Virus record (IMG/VR): IMGVR_UViG_3300011271_000009
Location: 2,076-66,075 of that record
DNA from: a virus
Strand: one strand, 5' to 3'
DNA: 64,000 nucleotides
Positions 36,211-44,881 of this stretch are shown piece by piece (within the stretch, counting starts at the first letter, position 1; each line of letters starts with the position of its first letter). The notes under the pieces were generated by a model. It ran no database searches. It saw only the letters and a program-made list of their open reading frames with translations, and was not told the origin of the DNA. Made by a program: the position numbers and the translations under genes.

Positions 36211-38216
36211 GCAGCCGCCTTGATCTCCAGCTCGCTGGTGTCCTGCAGGTTCTCGCCGATCTTCACCTCGACGCCGATGCTCAGCCCTCCCAGCTCCGGC
36301 CTGGGTCGGGACATGACTGTGCCCATCAGCTGGCCTACCCAGTCGGCCTCCGCCTTGGGCACCTCCAGCACGAAGCTGTCATGGATGATAAGGCGCATCC
36401 AGCTCATCACCTCGGGGGGCACCTCAGGACTATAGCCGATATGCAGCAGGTCCTCGGTCTGGATGGCACTGTTGTGCGAGAACATTCCATCAGAGATGTA
36501 AGTAGCTGTCGTTGTCTTGATGGCAATAACCTCCCCAACGCCATCAGACACGACTGCAGTAACTGCTGCAAAATCAGCGCCTGCCTTGCCGCCAGTTCTG
36601 CGATTTTCCCACAGCTGACGCGCTTTAGGCAGCAAGCGTGCAGGGCGGATCGTGCCCAGAAAGCGCAGTGCTTCGCGCATGGTACGCAACTCTCCACGCA
36701 TCTGGGTCCATGCTGGACGTATACGTCTCGCCCCCGGCGGGCAGGACTGTGACAGATTAAAATTGAAGCCACGTGCTTGAAGAAGATCGCACACATGGTC
36801 TAGCGTAGCTCCTCGGTTCTGCCCGAAGCCAACCCGAGTCTTCTGGCACCAGCCCTCCCCATCAAAGAAGCCTGCCAAGTAGCCACCATCCCGCGAATAA
36901 TCTCCATCCCATGGTTGGGATAAGTATGAAATGCGCGCTCCTGGCTTCAAATCTTGCGCCTTTGTCCAGTAGCGTCCCTTATAAGTTGGCCGTTCAGCCA
37001 AAAAAGGGTGTAACGCGCTGACGATAACAGTGCCACGTGTAGTATGCACACGCACACGCGGCAGGCGTAGCCGGTGCACCTCCAAGACAGAAGAAGCGCG
37101 AAATCTGCGGCCTGGAGTCCCCGCAGCATCCTCATCGAATCCGATGAGTTCATCTCCCACATTCACCGCATCGGCACGTGTCCAAGTCAGATCAGCCAAC
37201 AAGATTCGGCTATGAGGAGCCACACAGGCGTCAGATTGCGGTATAAACGCGATGCAGCGCTTGGCATCATTACCCAGCACCCAGGCCTTGCTCTCCGCTG
37301 CAGCAGGCCCCAGGCCCCGGCGCAGGGCATTCTGGTAGCGCTTCTGCTCCCAGCTGAACACGTCGTAGAAGCGGTGCCGGTACTGGTAATGATTATCGAG
37401 GAAGGTCTCCTTGTGGGCACGCATCCGCAGGTTGTTGGTGGCGCGCTCCACGCTGGGGAACAAATCCAGATAAGCCCGCTGCTGCTTAGTGGCCACAGCT
37501 ATAGTGGGGAACTCTTCCTGATACTCGTCGTGCATCCCGTAGGGGGTGAGCCCATAATTCGAAGCGTGGATCGTGCGCTTACAGCGGTCGTACAACTCAG
37601 GGTCCCGCTTCTTCCAGGCCTTGCACTGGCGCTGCAGCTCGGGGAAGGGCAGCTTGGAATCGATAGGCTGTCCGGCCACGTGGCTGGCGAAGAATCCATG
37701 CACCCCTGCCTTGGCCAGGCGGATCAGCTCCTGGTCCCCGCAGAGGAAGCCCATGAGCACAGCCTCGATGGCTGCGCTGTCAGCTTCCAGCAGCACACAG
37801 CCAGGAGAGGCGATCAGGGTGCGGCGGAACATGGCAGCTAGTTCTACCTTGTGAGGAATGGTCTGGAGGTTGACGTCCCTGGACCCTTTTCTCCAAGTCG
37901 AAGGCCACCATCCGTAAGTGGTATGGACACGCCCAGCAGCATCTAGTGGCCAGTTCAGATAGGTGCTGATGATCTTGCGGCGCTCACGGGCACGCCAGAC
38001 AGTCTCGAACACCGGCTGCTTCTTGCCGTAGCGCTTCAGGTACTTCGACTCGGTGGTCTCTCTATCGCTGCCCCGCTTCTTAGGTGGCTTCATGCCGAAG
38101 TGCTTGAACAAGGACAGCACCTGCAGCGGGCTGTGCGGATTGAAGGGCTCAGTGCGCTCGTAGGTGGAGACTACACCTGTATCCTTGCACTCCCGGCAGG
38201 CGTACTTGCTGGTCAT
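36207..38216 (-). CDS. DNA polymerase family A, polymerase-domain half, with intein
   Basis: PFNPHS, NLQTIP, motif A LLEADSAAIE, motif B KRTIHASNYG, motif C LIIHDSFVLE; ATGA-coupled start at 38216. Confidence 0.88.
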   Translation of the reverse strand: MTSKYACRECKDTGVVSTYERTEPFNPHSPLQVLSLFKHFGMKPPKKRGSDRETTESKYLKRYGKKQPVFETVWRARERRKIISTYLNWPLDAAGRVHTTYGWWPSTWRKGSRDVNLQTIPHKVELAAMFRRTLIASPGCVLLEADSAAIEAVLMGFLCGDQELIRLAKAGVHGFFASHVAGQPIDSKLPFPELQRQCKAWKKRDPELYDRCKRTIHASNYGLTPYGMHDEYQEEFPTIAVATKQQRAYLDLFPSVERATNNLRMRAHKETFLDNHYQYRHRFYDVFSWEQKRYQNALRRGLGPAAAESKAWVLGNDAKRCIAFIPQSDACVAPHSRILLADLTWTRADAVNVGDELIGFDEDAAGTPGRRFRASSVLEVHRLRLPRVRVHTTRGTVIVSALHPFLAERPTYKGRYWTKAQDLKPGARISYLSQPWDGDYSRDGGYLAGFFDGEGWCQKTRVGFGQNRGATLDHVCDLLQARGFNFNLSQSCPPGARRIRPAWTQMRGELRTMREALRFLGTIRPARLLPKARQLWENRRTGGKAGADFAAVTAVVSDGVGEVIAIKTTTATYISDGMFSHNSAIQTEDLLHIGYSPEVPPEVMSWMRLIIHDSFVLEVPKAEADWVGQLMGTVMSRPRPELGGLSIGVEVKIGENLQDTSELEIKAAA
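36471..37226 (-). mobile_element. intein (252 aa) with LAGLIDADG domain in DNA polymerase
   Basis: CVAPHSRILLAD start, YLAGFFDGEG, TYISDGMFSHN followed by Ser. Confidence 0.9.
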
Positions 38217-38905
38217 CCAGCTGTCCTGATAGGCACGTTGTAGATGCGCCCTAACTCCTCCAGCGAAGGATCGACCAGCCACAGCTCGGCGGGGTATGCG
38301 TACTGCGCCCGGTAGCCCAGCTTGCAGTCTTGCATGCGCCCCCACAGGTAGACTCTGCCGAAGACACGCAGATCGCCGAACTCGCTAACCACAGCCAAGA
38401 GGTCCTCCATGGCTTTGAAGCCCCAGAAGCCACAGAAGCAATGTTTCCGAGGCGGATCATTGCAAGGGTAATGGGTATCGCTTACCCCATAGAAGCTGTT
38501 TATAGGGGTAACGGCGGATGCTCCACTGATGCAGCGCGCTTCATTGCGCTTCTTCGGTTCCCAGGCATAAACAGGACGACCTACGCCCCGCAGCACCAGG
38601 GGAGACTCATTACGCACGAGCCAAGCCCGCCAGCCCATGATGGGCTCCATGTAATCGGGCGTCTTCTCCAGCACGCGGCGGGGCTCTGCCTTCTTCAACG
38701 CCTCCAGCAACTCAGGGCTGATTGCGGGAGGTAGCTGCGGCATCTGCAACCCTGCAGGGTTTGTTATCGAGGGCTGTGCTGAGGGCACTATATGCCAGGG
38801 AGACATGGCTTGTGGCTGTGGCGGCATAAGCCCACCCTGCGACATGGCTCCGCCGATCAGGCTCGACCAAAATCCACTGCTGAAGCTGTTCCTAGGGAGC
38901 GACAT
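38213..38905 (-). CDS. conserved phage hypothetical protein
   Basis: IMGWRAW...HCFCGFWGF...GRVYLWG...GYRAQYA. Confidence 0.7.
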   Translation of the reverse strand: MSLPRNSFSSGFWSSLIGGAMSQGGLMPPQPQAMSPWHIVPSAQPSITNPAGLQMPQLPPAISPELLEALKKAEPRRVLEKTPDYMEPIMGWRAWLVRNESPLVLRGVGRPVYAWEPKKRNEARCISGASAVTPINSFYGVSDTHYPCNDPPRKHCFCGFWGFKAMEDLLAVVSEFGDLRVFGRVYLWGRMQDCKLGYRAQYAYPAELWLVDPSLEELGRIYNVPIRTAG

Positions 38906-39050
38906 GGTCAGGCTCCTTTTCAGGCTCCAGCTGGGGCTGCTCTTGAGGCTTCTCAGCAGGCAGATCGCGCAGGGGTTCGGGTAACTCCAGCGGCTCGACG
39001 GTGATCTCGCGCAGCGGCTCGCCGATGGCTACGTTCAGGGGTGTGTTCAT
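38892..39050 (-). CDS. 52-aa Pro/Glu-rich peptide
   Basis: manual translation MNTPLNVAIGEPLREITVEPLELPEP...; GGAGG RBS. Confidence 0.6.
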   Translation of the reverse strand: MNTPLNVAIGEPLREITVEPLELPEPLRDLPAEKPQEQPQLEPEKEPDHVAP

Positions 39051-39060
39051 TTGGTGCCTC

Positions 39061-39282
39061 CTATTCGTCAGATGTTTCTGGTGGGTTGACTACGTCCTGC
39101 TGCGCAGCATTCCAACGCTCTATGGCGCAGTGTGTTGCGCACAAGCTGTAGCTGCCCATGTAGCAGCTTCGTCTACAGCGTGCGCCTGCCACCGTAAGCG
39201 CCTTGCAGCGATGCTTGTGGCATTTGCTGCAGATATCGGTGCCCAGGTCCCAGTCATGTGTGTTACCTCGGCAACTACTCAT
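39061..39282 (-). CDS. Cys/His-rich small protein
   Basis: CSKC, RCKA...RCRR...CATH. Confidence 0.55.
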   Translation of the reverse strand: MSSCRGNTHDWDLGTDICSKCHKHRCKALTVAGARCRRSCYMGSYSLCATHCAIERWNAAQQDVVNPPETSDE

Positions 39283-39601
39283 CGAGTTTCCTCCGCAGCT
39301 CCTCCAGCCCATCCTGCCAGCCGCACATATATGCGTGCCTCTGCGTATTGCGGATGAACTTGGCGATCAGGAAGCACTGCACAAGGCTGAAACCGCCGTA
39401 GACAGCCGCGCCTGCCCAAGCCCGTGCGTGGACGTCGAGGATGGTGATGGCGACGGTGAACGCAAGCATGACGAGCAGCACTCGCCCAGTCCGCACGGGT
39501 TTGATGCCCTCCTCGATTTGGTCATCGAGTTGTTTGCGGCGACCTGCCCAGATAACATCATCCGCCATGAGTTTGCGTCGTCTGAAGATTCGACCTAGCA
39601 T
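39275..39601 (-). CDS. membrane protein (2 TM)
   Basis: two hydrophobic segments; TAGGAGG RBS. Confidence 0.65.
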   Translation of the reverse strand: MLGRIFRRRKLMADDVIWAGRRKQLDDQIEEGIKPVRTGRVLLVMLAFTVAITILDVHARAWAGAAVYGGFSLVQCFLIAKFIRNTQRHAYMCGWQDGLEELRRKLDE

Positions 39602-39613
39602 GAATTTTGCCTC

Positions 39614-41113
39614 CTATGTAACCAGTGTGGTATCACGGCAGGCGCAGGGTTCCTCGATCCTGCGCACGCCGGTCATATCCTTGGGTTCCCGCTTCCAGTG
39701 CTTGCGGGGCTTTACTTCGTCCGGGACCTGGCCCTGCAGCTTGAGCAGGTAGGCCTCGTACTCTGCCTGCAGGCTGCTGGTCAGGGCTGTCCTGGCTACC
39801 TGATCGATGAGGATGCCTGCCTTCCCCATACGCTGCAGCAGCGGATCAGTCTTAGCGCAGTGGGCCACCCAGCGCTCCCAGCGTCCCTCGCGGATGAGCC
39901 CTTCCCTGATCCCGAGGTAGCAGCGGATTGTAGCATCGGAGTCAACCGCGGAGTACCAGGCAGGCTCCCCGGCAGCCAGGTGCTTCCAGGGCGGGCCATC
40001 GTAGTAGAAGGGAGCCACGAAGCCCAGCCCTTTGGGCAGGTCACTCTGCAGGAAGTGCCAGGCCCACATGGCATCATGAATCTCGCCTACCAGGCAGCCC
40101 GCAGCGATGAGCCTAGGCACGTCGTAGTGCGCATTCCAGAACACGGTGAGCTGAGCCGCAGCCAAGACTGCCCTCGTCAGCGAAATATACGGCTCCATCC
40201 AAGGCATCGTGACCGCAGTGCCCGGCGTATGGCTCAGGCTGATGCGCACGATGGTGTAGCTCTCGTCGTGCAGCTCATCGGCATCCTCTTCGAGGTAGGA
40301 GCTAGTAGGCGTCTCGATATCGGCGATCAGCAGCGGGATGGGCCGGGTGAGGCGGATGCTGACAGGTGCGGCTGGCGGCTGGGAATCCGCGTATGCGTCA
40401 AACCATGCTTGAGTTGGGCTGGCGGCTGGGCCGATCCCGGCTGGGGGTGTGGGATTCGCCGCCTTAACGGCGCTTTCTGTGAGACCTGTTGGTCTCACCT
40501 CAGCGCCTAAATACGCGCAGGCCTGCTCGAAGTTGTCGCAGACGTAGGAGACTGGCAACACCCGATGCTCGCCACGTGCCACCTCCTGCGCCCTGCGGAA
40601 GGCGAAGAAGATGGCGGCGCTGTATTTCTGATTGCCCTGCATCACGAAGCTGGGGTGGAAGGTGGGCACCACCGGGATGCCGTATTCGCTCTCATGCACA
40701 TAGGCGTGGCGGGCCTGCAGTCCGCTGACGCCGCACACCCGCTGCAGGGCCACGTTGCCCAAGGTGATGATGACCCTGGGCTGCATGGCTGATATCGCGT
40801 GGTCCAGGTAGGGACGGCAGTGCCGCAGCGCTTCGTAGGCTGCTGGGCTATCTGTCCAGCCCAGCTCTACGGGCTTGCACCACATCGAGTTTGCGATCAG
40901 GAAGGACTCGCGCTCACAACCCAAGCGGCGCAGGGTGCGATCCAGGTAAGCCCCGGCAGCCCCTGCAAAGGGCTTGCCCACGGCTACTTCCTCACGCCAA
41001 GGGCTGTCCCCAACGATAAGTATACCGTTGCTGCCGGTGCCGTCTGTGCCCACCAGACGCACACCACGTGCGTCCTGCGGGCAACCTGCGCAATGTGGGC
41101 CGCCTACCCTCAT
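39614..41113 (-). CDS. uracil-DNA glycosylase (family 4-like) fused to 3'-5' exonuclease: N-terminal half of split DNA polymerase A
   Basis: CAGC, IVGDSP, WCKP, HPSF (UDG); ADIET, NAHYD, YSAVD (Exo I-III); PLLQRMGKAGILID. Confidence 0.85.
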   Translation of the reverse strand: MRVGGPHCAGCPQDARGVRLVGTDGTGSNGILIVGDSPWREEVAVGKPFAGAAGAYLDRTLRRLGCERESFLIANSMWCKPVELGWTDSPAAYEALRHCRPYLDHAISAMQPRVIITLGNVALQRVCGVSGLQARHAYVHESEYGIPVVPTFHPSFVMQGNQKYSAAIFFAFRRAQEVARGEHRVLPVSYVCDNFEQACAYLGAEVRPTGLTESAVKAANPTPPAGIGPAASPTQAWFDAYADSQPPAAPVSIRLTRPIPLLIADIETPTSSYLEEDADELHDESYTIVRISLSHTPGTAVTMPWMEPYISLTRAVLAAAQLTVFWNAHYDVPRLIAAGCLVGEIHDAMWAWHFLQSDLPKGLGFVAPFYYDGPPWKHLAAGEPAWYSAVDSDATIRCYLGIREGLIREGRWERWVAHCAKTDPLLQRMGKAGILIDQVARTALTSSLQAEYEAYLLKLQGQVPDEVKPRKHWKREPKDMTGVRRIEEPCACRDTTLVT

Positions 41114-41427
41114 CCCAGGCTCCCTTCGGCAAGCGGCTGGAACATGCCGAGGATTTCTTCCTCACGCATGATGAGGTAAGTCTCGCCGTCGATGCTGATC
41201 TCCGAGCCAGCGTACTTGTTGAAGGCCACATGGTCGCCGGGCTTCACGGTCAGAGGCTCAAGTGCGCCTGACTCCCAGCGGTGGCCGGGACCGGCTTCAA
41301 GTATGATGCCGGTCTGGGCCTCCTTCTGGGCGGTGGTAGGCACGAGCAGCCCGCTGGCCGTAATTTCCTCCGCGTGGTCACGTTTGACCAGTACGCGGTC
41401 GTGCAGTGGTTTGAATCGTCCGTTCAT
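41110..41427 (-). CDS. groES: co-chaperonin GroES
   Basis: FKPLHDRVLVKR, SGLLVP, VKPGDHV, KYAGSEI, YLIMREEEILG. Confidence 0.92.
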   Translation of the reverse strand: MNGRFKPLHDRVLVKRDHAEEITASGLLVPTTAQKEAQTGIILEAGPGHRWESGALEPLTVKPGDHVAFNKYAGSEISIDGETYLIMREEEILGMFQPLAEGSLG

Positions 41428-41657
41428 GCTTTGCTCCCTGACATCACCGACGAGGCGGTGTAGGTGTTGGACAGCGACTTCGGCCCGGTGGTGTAGCTGA
41501 TGTTGCTGCTGCCGCTGCTGGGTGCCGCTTGGGCTAGGCCCACGAAACTCACAGCGTCCGTGGCAGACATCATGTTGCGGGCTGCGGGGTCGGCGATACC
41601 GCCGCCCCATGACCGCATCGGGTCTGAGACGTTCTCGCCACCAGGCCTCACCCGCAT
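41424..41657 (-). CDS. hypothetical low-complexity protein
   Basis: ORF in the coupled chain. Confidence 0.45.
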   Translation of the reverse strand: MRVRPGGENVSDPMRSWGGGIADPAARNMMSATDAVSFVGLAQAAPSSGSSNISYTTGPKSLSNTYTASSVMSGSKA

Positions 41658-41725
41658 TCCCTGCAGCGCCAGCGCCAGTCCTGTATCCCTTACAGCCCTC
41701 TCCTTTGCCTTCGGCTTAGGAGGGG

Positions 41726-41965
41726 CTAGAAAGGGCGGACGATCAGCTCCATATCATCCAGCCGGTCAGCGTAATCAGTTGGAATGCTACGGGCTGCGAT
41801 CATGCCAGCCTCGCTATCGGCTCCTGTGACCATTACGGTCGTGGGCTCGGTTACGACCACGGATTTAGGGCTCTCGCCGCGATCCGACTGTTCCTTGGTC
41901 TGTTTGGGGTGATAGACAACTGCGTATTCGTACAGCTTTCCTCGGGTGATTCCGTTGCTGCTCAT
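41726..41965 (-). CDS. hypothetical protein
   Basis: LYEYAVVYHP...LIVRPF; GGAGG RBS. Confidence 0.7.
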   Translation of the reverse strand: MSSNGITRGKLYEYAVVYHPKQTKEQSDRGESPKSVVVTEPTTVMVTGADSEAGMIAARSIPTDYADRLDDMELIVRPF

Positions 41966-42237
41966 CGTTTGCCTCCTAAGGCATAGGTGCCGTGGGCCAC
42001 GCGGCGGAATCGACTTCCTGACCGCGCTATGGCCACATGCACTGAGTTGGCATTGCTGTTGGGGAAGCCCTTCTTGCGGAGCCTCCGTACTAGTTCCCGC
42101 ACCCGCAGCGGCTTGCGCTCATGGGCCAGGATGATCTCCAGCTCATCAGCAATGGTGCGGCTGCAGCTTCGTTCCAGGGCCGCTACCGTCCGCCTGAGCC
42201 GCTGTAGCTGCAGGCCTATCGGCGTTCTGCGGGTCAC
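41962..42237 (-). CDS. winged-helix (HARE-HTH-like) protein
   Basis: KPLRVRELV...RFRRVAHGTYAL. Confidence 0.65.
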   Translation of the reverse strand: MTRRTPIGLQLQRLRRTVAALERSCSRTIADELEIILAHERKPLRVRELVRRLRKKGFPNSNANSVHVAIARSGSRFRRVAHGTYALGGKR

Positions 42238-42491
42238 ACCTGCGGCTGCTCCTTCTCAGGGAATAGCCCTTGCTGGCGCTTATCGGGCTTCTGGGGCTTG
42301 GCTGGAGCTTCAGGAGGCTTGGGGGCAGCCTTCTTAGGGGCAGCCTTCCTGCGGGGCGGGGCCTTCTTGAGGGGCTGTGCCCTGCGGCGCATCTCGGACT
42401 GGACGACCAGGTAGACGCTGCGGGCGTTCTGGTAAGGGGTGTGGCGGAACCACTCTACGATCATGGCTTCCTTGGATTGGCGGTTAGACAT
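42234..42491 (-). CDS. basic hypothetical protein
   Basis: GGAGG RBS; Lys/Pro/Ala-rich tail. Confidence 0.6.
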   Translation of the reverse strand: MSNRQSKEAMIVEWFRHTPYQNARSVYLVVQSEMRRRAQPLKKAPPRRKAAPKKAAPKPPEAPAKPQKPDKRQQGLFPEKEQPQV

Positions 42492-43152
42492 TGAGACCTC
42501 CTGTGGTCGGCCCAGCAGCGGCTGGAGCCGGTGAATTGGTTGTGCCTTGGGCACCCTGGGGCAGCCGGAACTGCATGATCTCGCACTGCCCGAAGCCGAC
42601 CTTGCCGCACTTGGGGCACTTCACCTGCTGCACCAGGCTCTTATCGGCGTTGCGCGGCCAGGGCATCTCCTGCTTCTTGCGGCGGGGATGGGTGCTGATG
42701 GTGAGGTCATCCAGCTTGCAGTAGAAGCGCCAGCCGACATCTCCGCCGAAGTGCTTGCCGGTGTTCTCGGCTTCCTCGAAGAGCGCCTTGACCGCCTGCC
42801 GGGTGAGCGGGCCGCTGGTGCGCACGTTCAGGGAGCGGATCAGGTCGCCCCCCATGGAGTTGGGCATCTTATCGGACTTGTAGAAGCTGGCCCGCTGGAA
42901 GGTCAGCGCAGGCTGCTCCACACCATTGATGAGGGGCACGGGGTTGAAGATGACCTGGAAGTACTTCTTGCCCTGCACCTCGATCTCACCGAAGGCGGAG
43001 TCAGGATGCAGCTTGAAGATCATGTCGTACTCGCCGGGCGGCACCTGGGGAGGAAATGAGCCAGGCTCTGGCGCGTTGTAATCCACCTCGCCTACGACGA
43101 GATCGTCGCTGATGGGTTCGGCAGACAGTTCTGGGTTGTTGACATCGGGCAT
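42484..43152 (-). CDS. putative single-stranded DNA-binding-like protein
   Basis: PPGEYD beta start; next to the ATPase and nuclease genes; Zn ribbon near the C-terminus. Confidence 0.4.
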   Translation of the reverse strand: MPDVNNPELSAEPISDDLVVGEVDYNAPEPGSFPPQVPPGEYDMIFKLHPDSAFGEIEVQGKKYFQVIFNPVPLINGVEQPALTFQRASFYKSDKMPNSMGGDLIRSLNVRTSGPLTRQAVKALFEEAENTGKHFGGDVGWRFYCKLDDLTISTHPRRKKQEMPWPRNADKSLVQQVKCPKCGKVGFGQCEIMQFRLPQGAQGTTNSPAPAAAGPTTGGLNV

Positions 43153-43154
43153 GG

Positions 43155-43466
43155 TTAGGCTCCTTTGATGGTTGTGGGCATTTCATCATCCCGCAGCTGG
43201 TGCAGATGAAAGCAGTTAGGGTGGATATTCACGTACTCGGACTTGGGCGGCAGGATGATTGCCACGTTGATGCGGTCTGGCAGCAGGTCGTAGCGGGCAG
43301 TGTAGATTTCATCCCAGGTCGGGTAGCGGTAAGGGTGTGACATGGAGGGGTGCCAGCGGCCTTCTTCCAAGGCCACGCACACAGCCAAGTCGCCCCACCT
43401 GTACCAGTCTCCACCCAGCGGATGGTTGAATTTCTGCCAGTTCGCCTTGGGCCGCAGCGTAATCAT
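43155..43466 (-). CDS. conserved phage protein
   Basis: WHPSMSH...RYPTWDE...EYVNIHPNCFHL. Confidence 0.7.
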   Translation of the reverse strand: MITLRPKANWQKFNHPLGGDWYRWGDLAVCVALEEGRWHPSMSHPYRYPTWDEIYTARYDLLPDRINVAIILPPKSEYVNIHPNCFHLHQLRDDEMPTTIKGA

Positions 43467-44395
43467 TGCGCTCCTTTGGCTGCTTGTGTTGTCTGTGCTG
43501 GTTTGGGCTGGTTGGCTGCGGAGGCCCGCTCGCGCAGTTTGTTCAGGTACTCGTAGAGCTTGGCTAAGTCGGGCTCCATCTTGCTGGGCACCTCGGTGGC
43601 GTACTGGAAGGGAGCGCGGACCTTGGCCGGGAAGACGATCTTGCTTACCGGGTCAGCATGGGGGCGCAGATACATCCACACCTTGGTGGCGATCTCCAGC
43701 TGCTTGGTGACCTCATCCTGCTTGGCCTCGGTGACAACCACCTCCATGTGCAGCAGATTGCAGACCCACTGCCCTACTTTGGAGATTGCTTTCTTACCGG
43801 CGATAGCAGGGCCGAAGATGGGGATGCGGTCCTCCTCTCCTTTGGCCTCCAAGGCGGTCCACAATACGTAGTCGGAAGGCAGCAAATGCGAATTGGTGAT
43901 GTAGTCGGCGATGCGGCTCTGCACGAAGCTGTAGTAGCTCATGTTGCCGCCTGAATAGGTCGTGCCGCCCTCGGTGTAGCGGTAGCTGGGGTCCTGGCTG
44001 AGGGAGGCCCCACGCTTCTGCAGCGTATCCAGGCAGTAGTCTCCGAAGCTGGTAAGGCCCTCGAAGGCCCACAGGCCGATCTTGCTGGTGGTCTCCTCGT
44101 TGAGCTTTACCAGCCGGGCTGTGGGGTCTTCCACAGCGTTGTTAGCAGGCCAGTAGCCCTGCGAGGCCAGGTCCATGGATTCGATGGGATTCAGCGCCCG
44201 GTGGCGGATCGGCCAGGCAATAACAGTGCCGTCATCGACTAGGCTCTGAATGGGCTGCCAGCCGCCATTCTCAGCGCTGACCAGTAACGTCTTCTTGCCG
44301 AACTTCGTCCGCAGCCAGTCCGCTACTATGCCTATCTGCGTAGTCTTGTAAGTTCCTGTCGCCCCGTAAAGGGCATCAGCCTTAGCTCCGCGCAC
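43463..44395 (-). CDS. AAA/P-loop NTPase (Sak4-like recombinase family)
   Basis: LYGATGTYKTT Walker A; WAFEGLT Walker B-like. Confidence 0.75.
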   Translation of the reverse strand: MRGAKADALYGATGTYKTTQIGIVADWLRTKFGKKTLLVSAENGGWQPIQSLVDDGTVIAWPIRHRALNPIESMDLASQGYWPANNAVEDPTARLVKLNEETTSKIGLWAFEGLTSFGDYCLDTLQKRGASLSQDPSYRYTEGGTTYSGGNMSYYSFVQSRIADYITNSHLLPSDYVLWTALEAKGEEDRIPIFGPAIAGKKAISKVGQWVCNLLHMEVVVTEAKQDEVTKQLEIATKVWMYLRPHADPVSKIVFPAKVRAPFQYATEVPSKMEPDLAKLYEYLNKLRERASAANQPKPAQTTQAAKGAQ

Positions 44396-44468
44396 TCCTT
44401 CCGCGCTTTCTCAGGGATGGCTTGGGTTGGATGGAGCGGGCCGGAGGCGACGGCACCGCTTTGCTGTG

Positions 44469-44699
44469 TCAGTTGTGCTCCGCCAGATAGCGTCTGCGCT
44501 GGACCCTCAGCAGCGGGTATGCAGCCAGAGCGCGTTCGTGCTCCCGCTGCGAGGACTGCCGCAGGTAGAGCCGGGTATCGTTGCATTCGATGACCAACAC
44601 CTTGGCACAGGTTACGCAGGCCGTGACTTCGCCTACCGTGGGCTTCCTTCCCGTCGTGGGAATGAAGCATAGCTTCTGATTGCAGCAAGGGCATCTCAT
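44469..44699 (-). CDS. zinc-ribbon protein
   Basis: CPCC...CVTC; ATGA overlap. Confidence 0.6.
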   Translation of the reverse strand: MRCPCCNQKLCFIPTTGRKPTVGEVTACVTCAKVLVIECNDTRLYLRQSSQREHERALAAYPLLRVQRRRYLAEHN

Positions 44700-44881
44700 C
44701 GGCTTCCTCGTCTGAATCGGGCGATACATTCGTGGGCATCCTCGCAGGCGGAGCAGACCACATAGCCGCAGTTGGCGCACTTGAAGCGGTGGCGGCTGCA
44801 GTAGGACTGGCCGCAGTCTACGCAACACATCTCGTTGGTTTCGTCGGTGAGGCAGTCCGGGCTGTTGCATGGGCAAGCCAT
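44696..44881 (-). CDS. Cys-rich zinc-finger protein
   Basis: multiple CxxC motifs. Confidence 0.6.
   Translation of the reverse strand: MACPCNSPDCLTDETNEMCCVDCGQSYCSRHRFKCANCGYVVCSACEDAHECIARFRRGSR

Noticed and set aside
38217-39613. Group I intron or split intein joining the polymerase halves
   Set aside because: No P7 R/S motifs or intein termini seen; the interval holds ordinary coupled genes and both halves have proper start and stop signals
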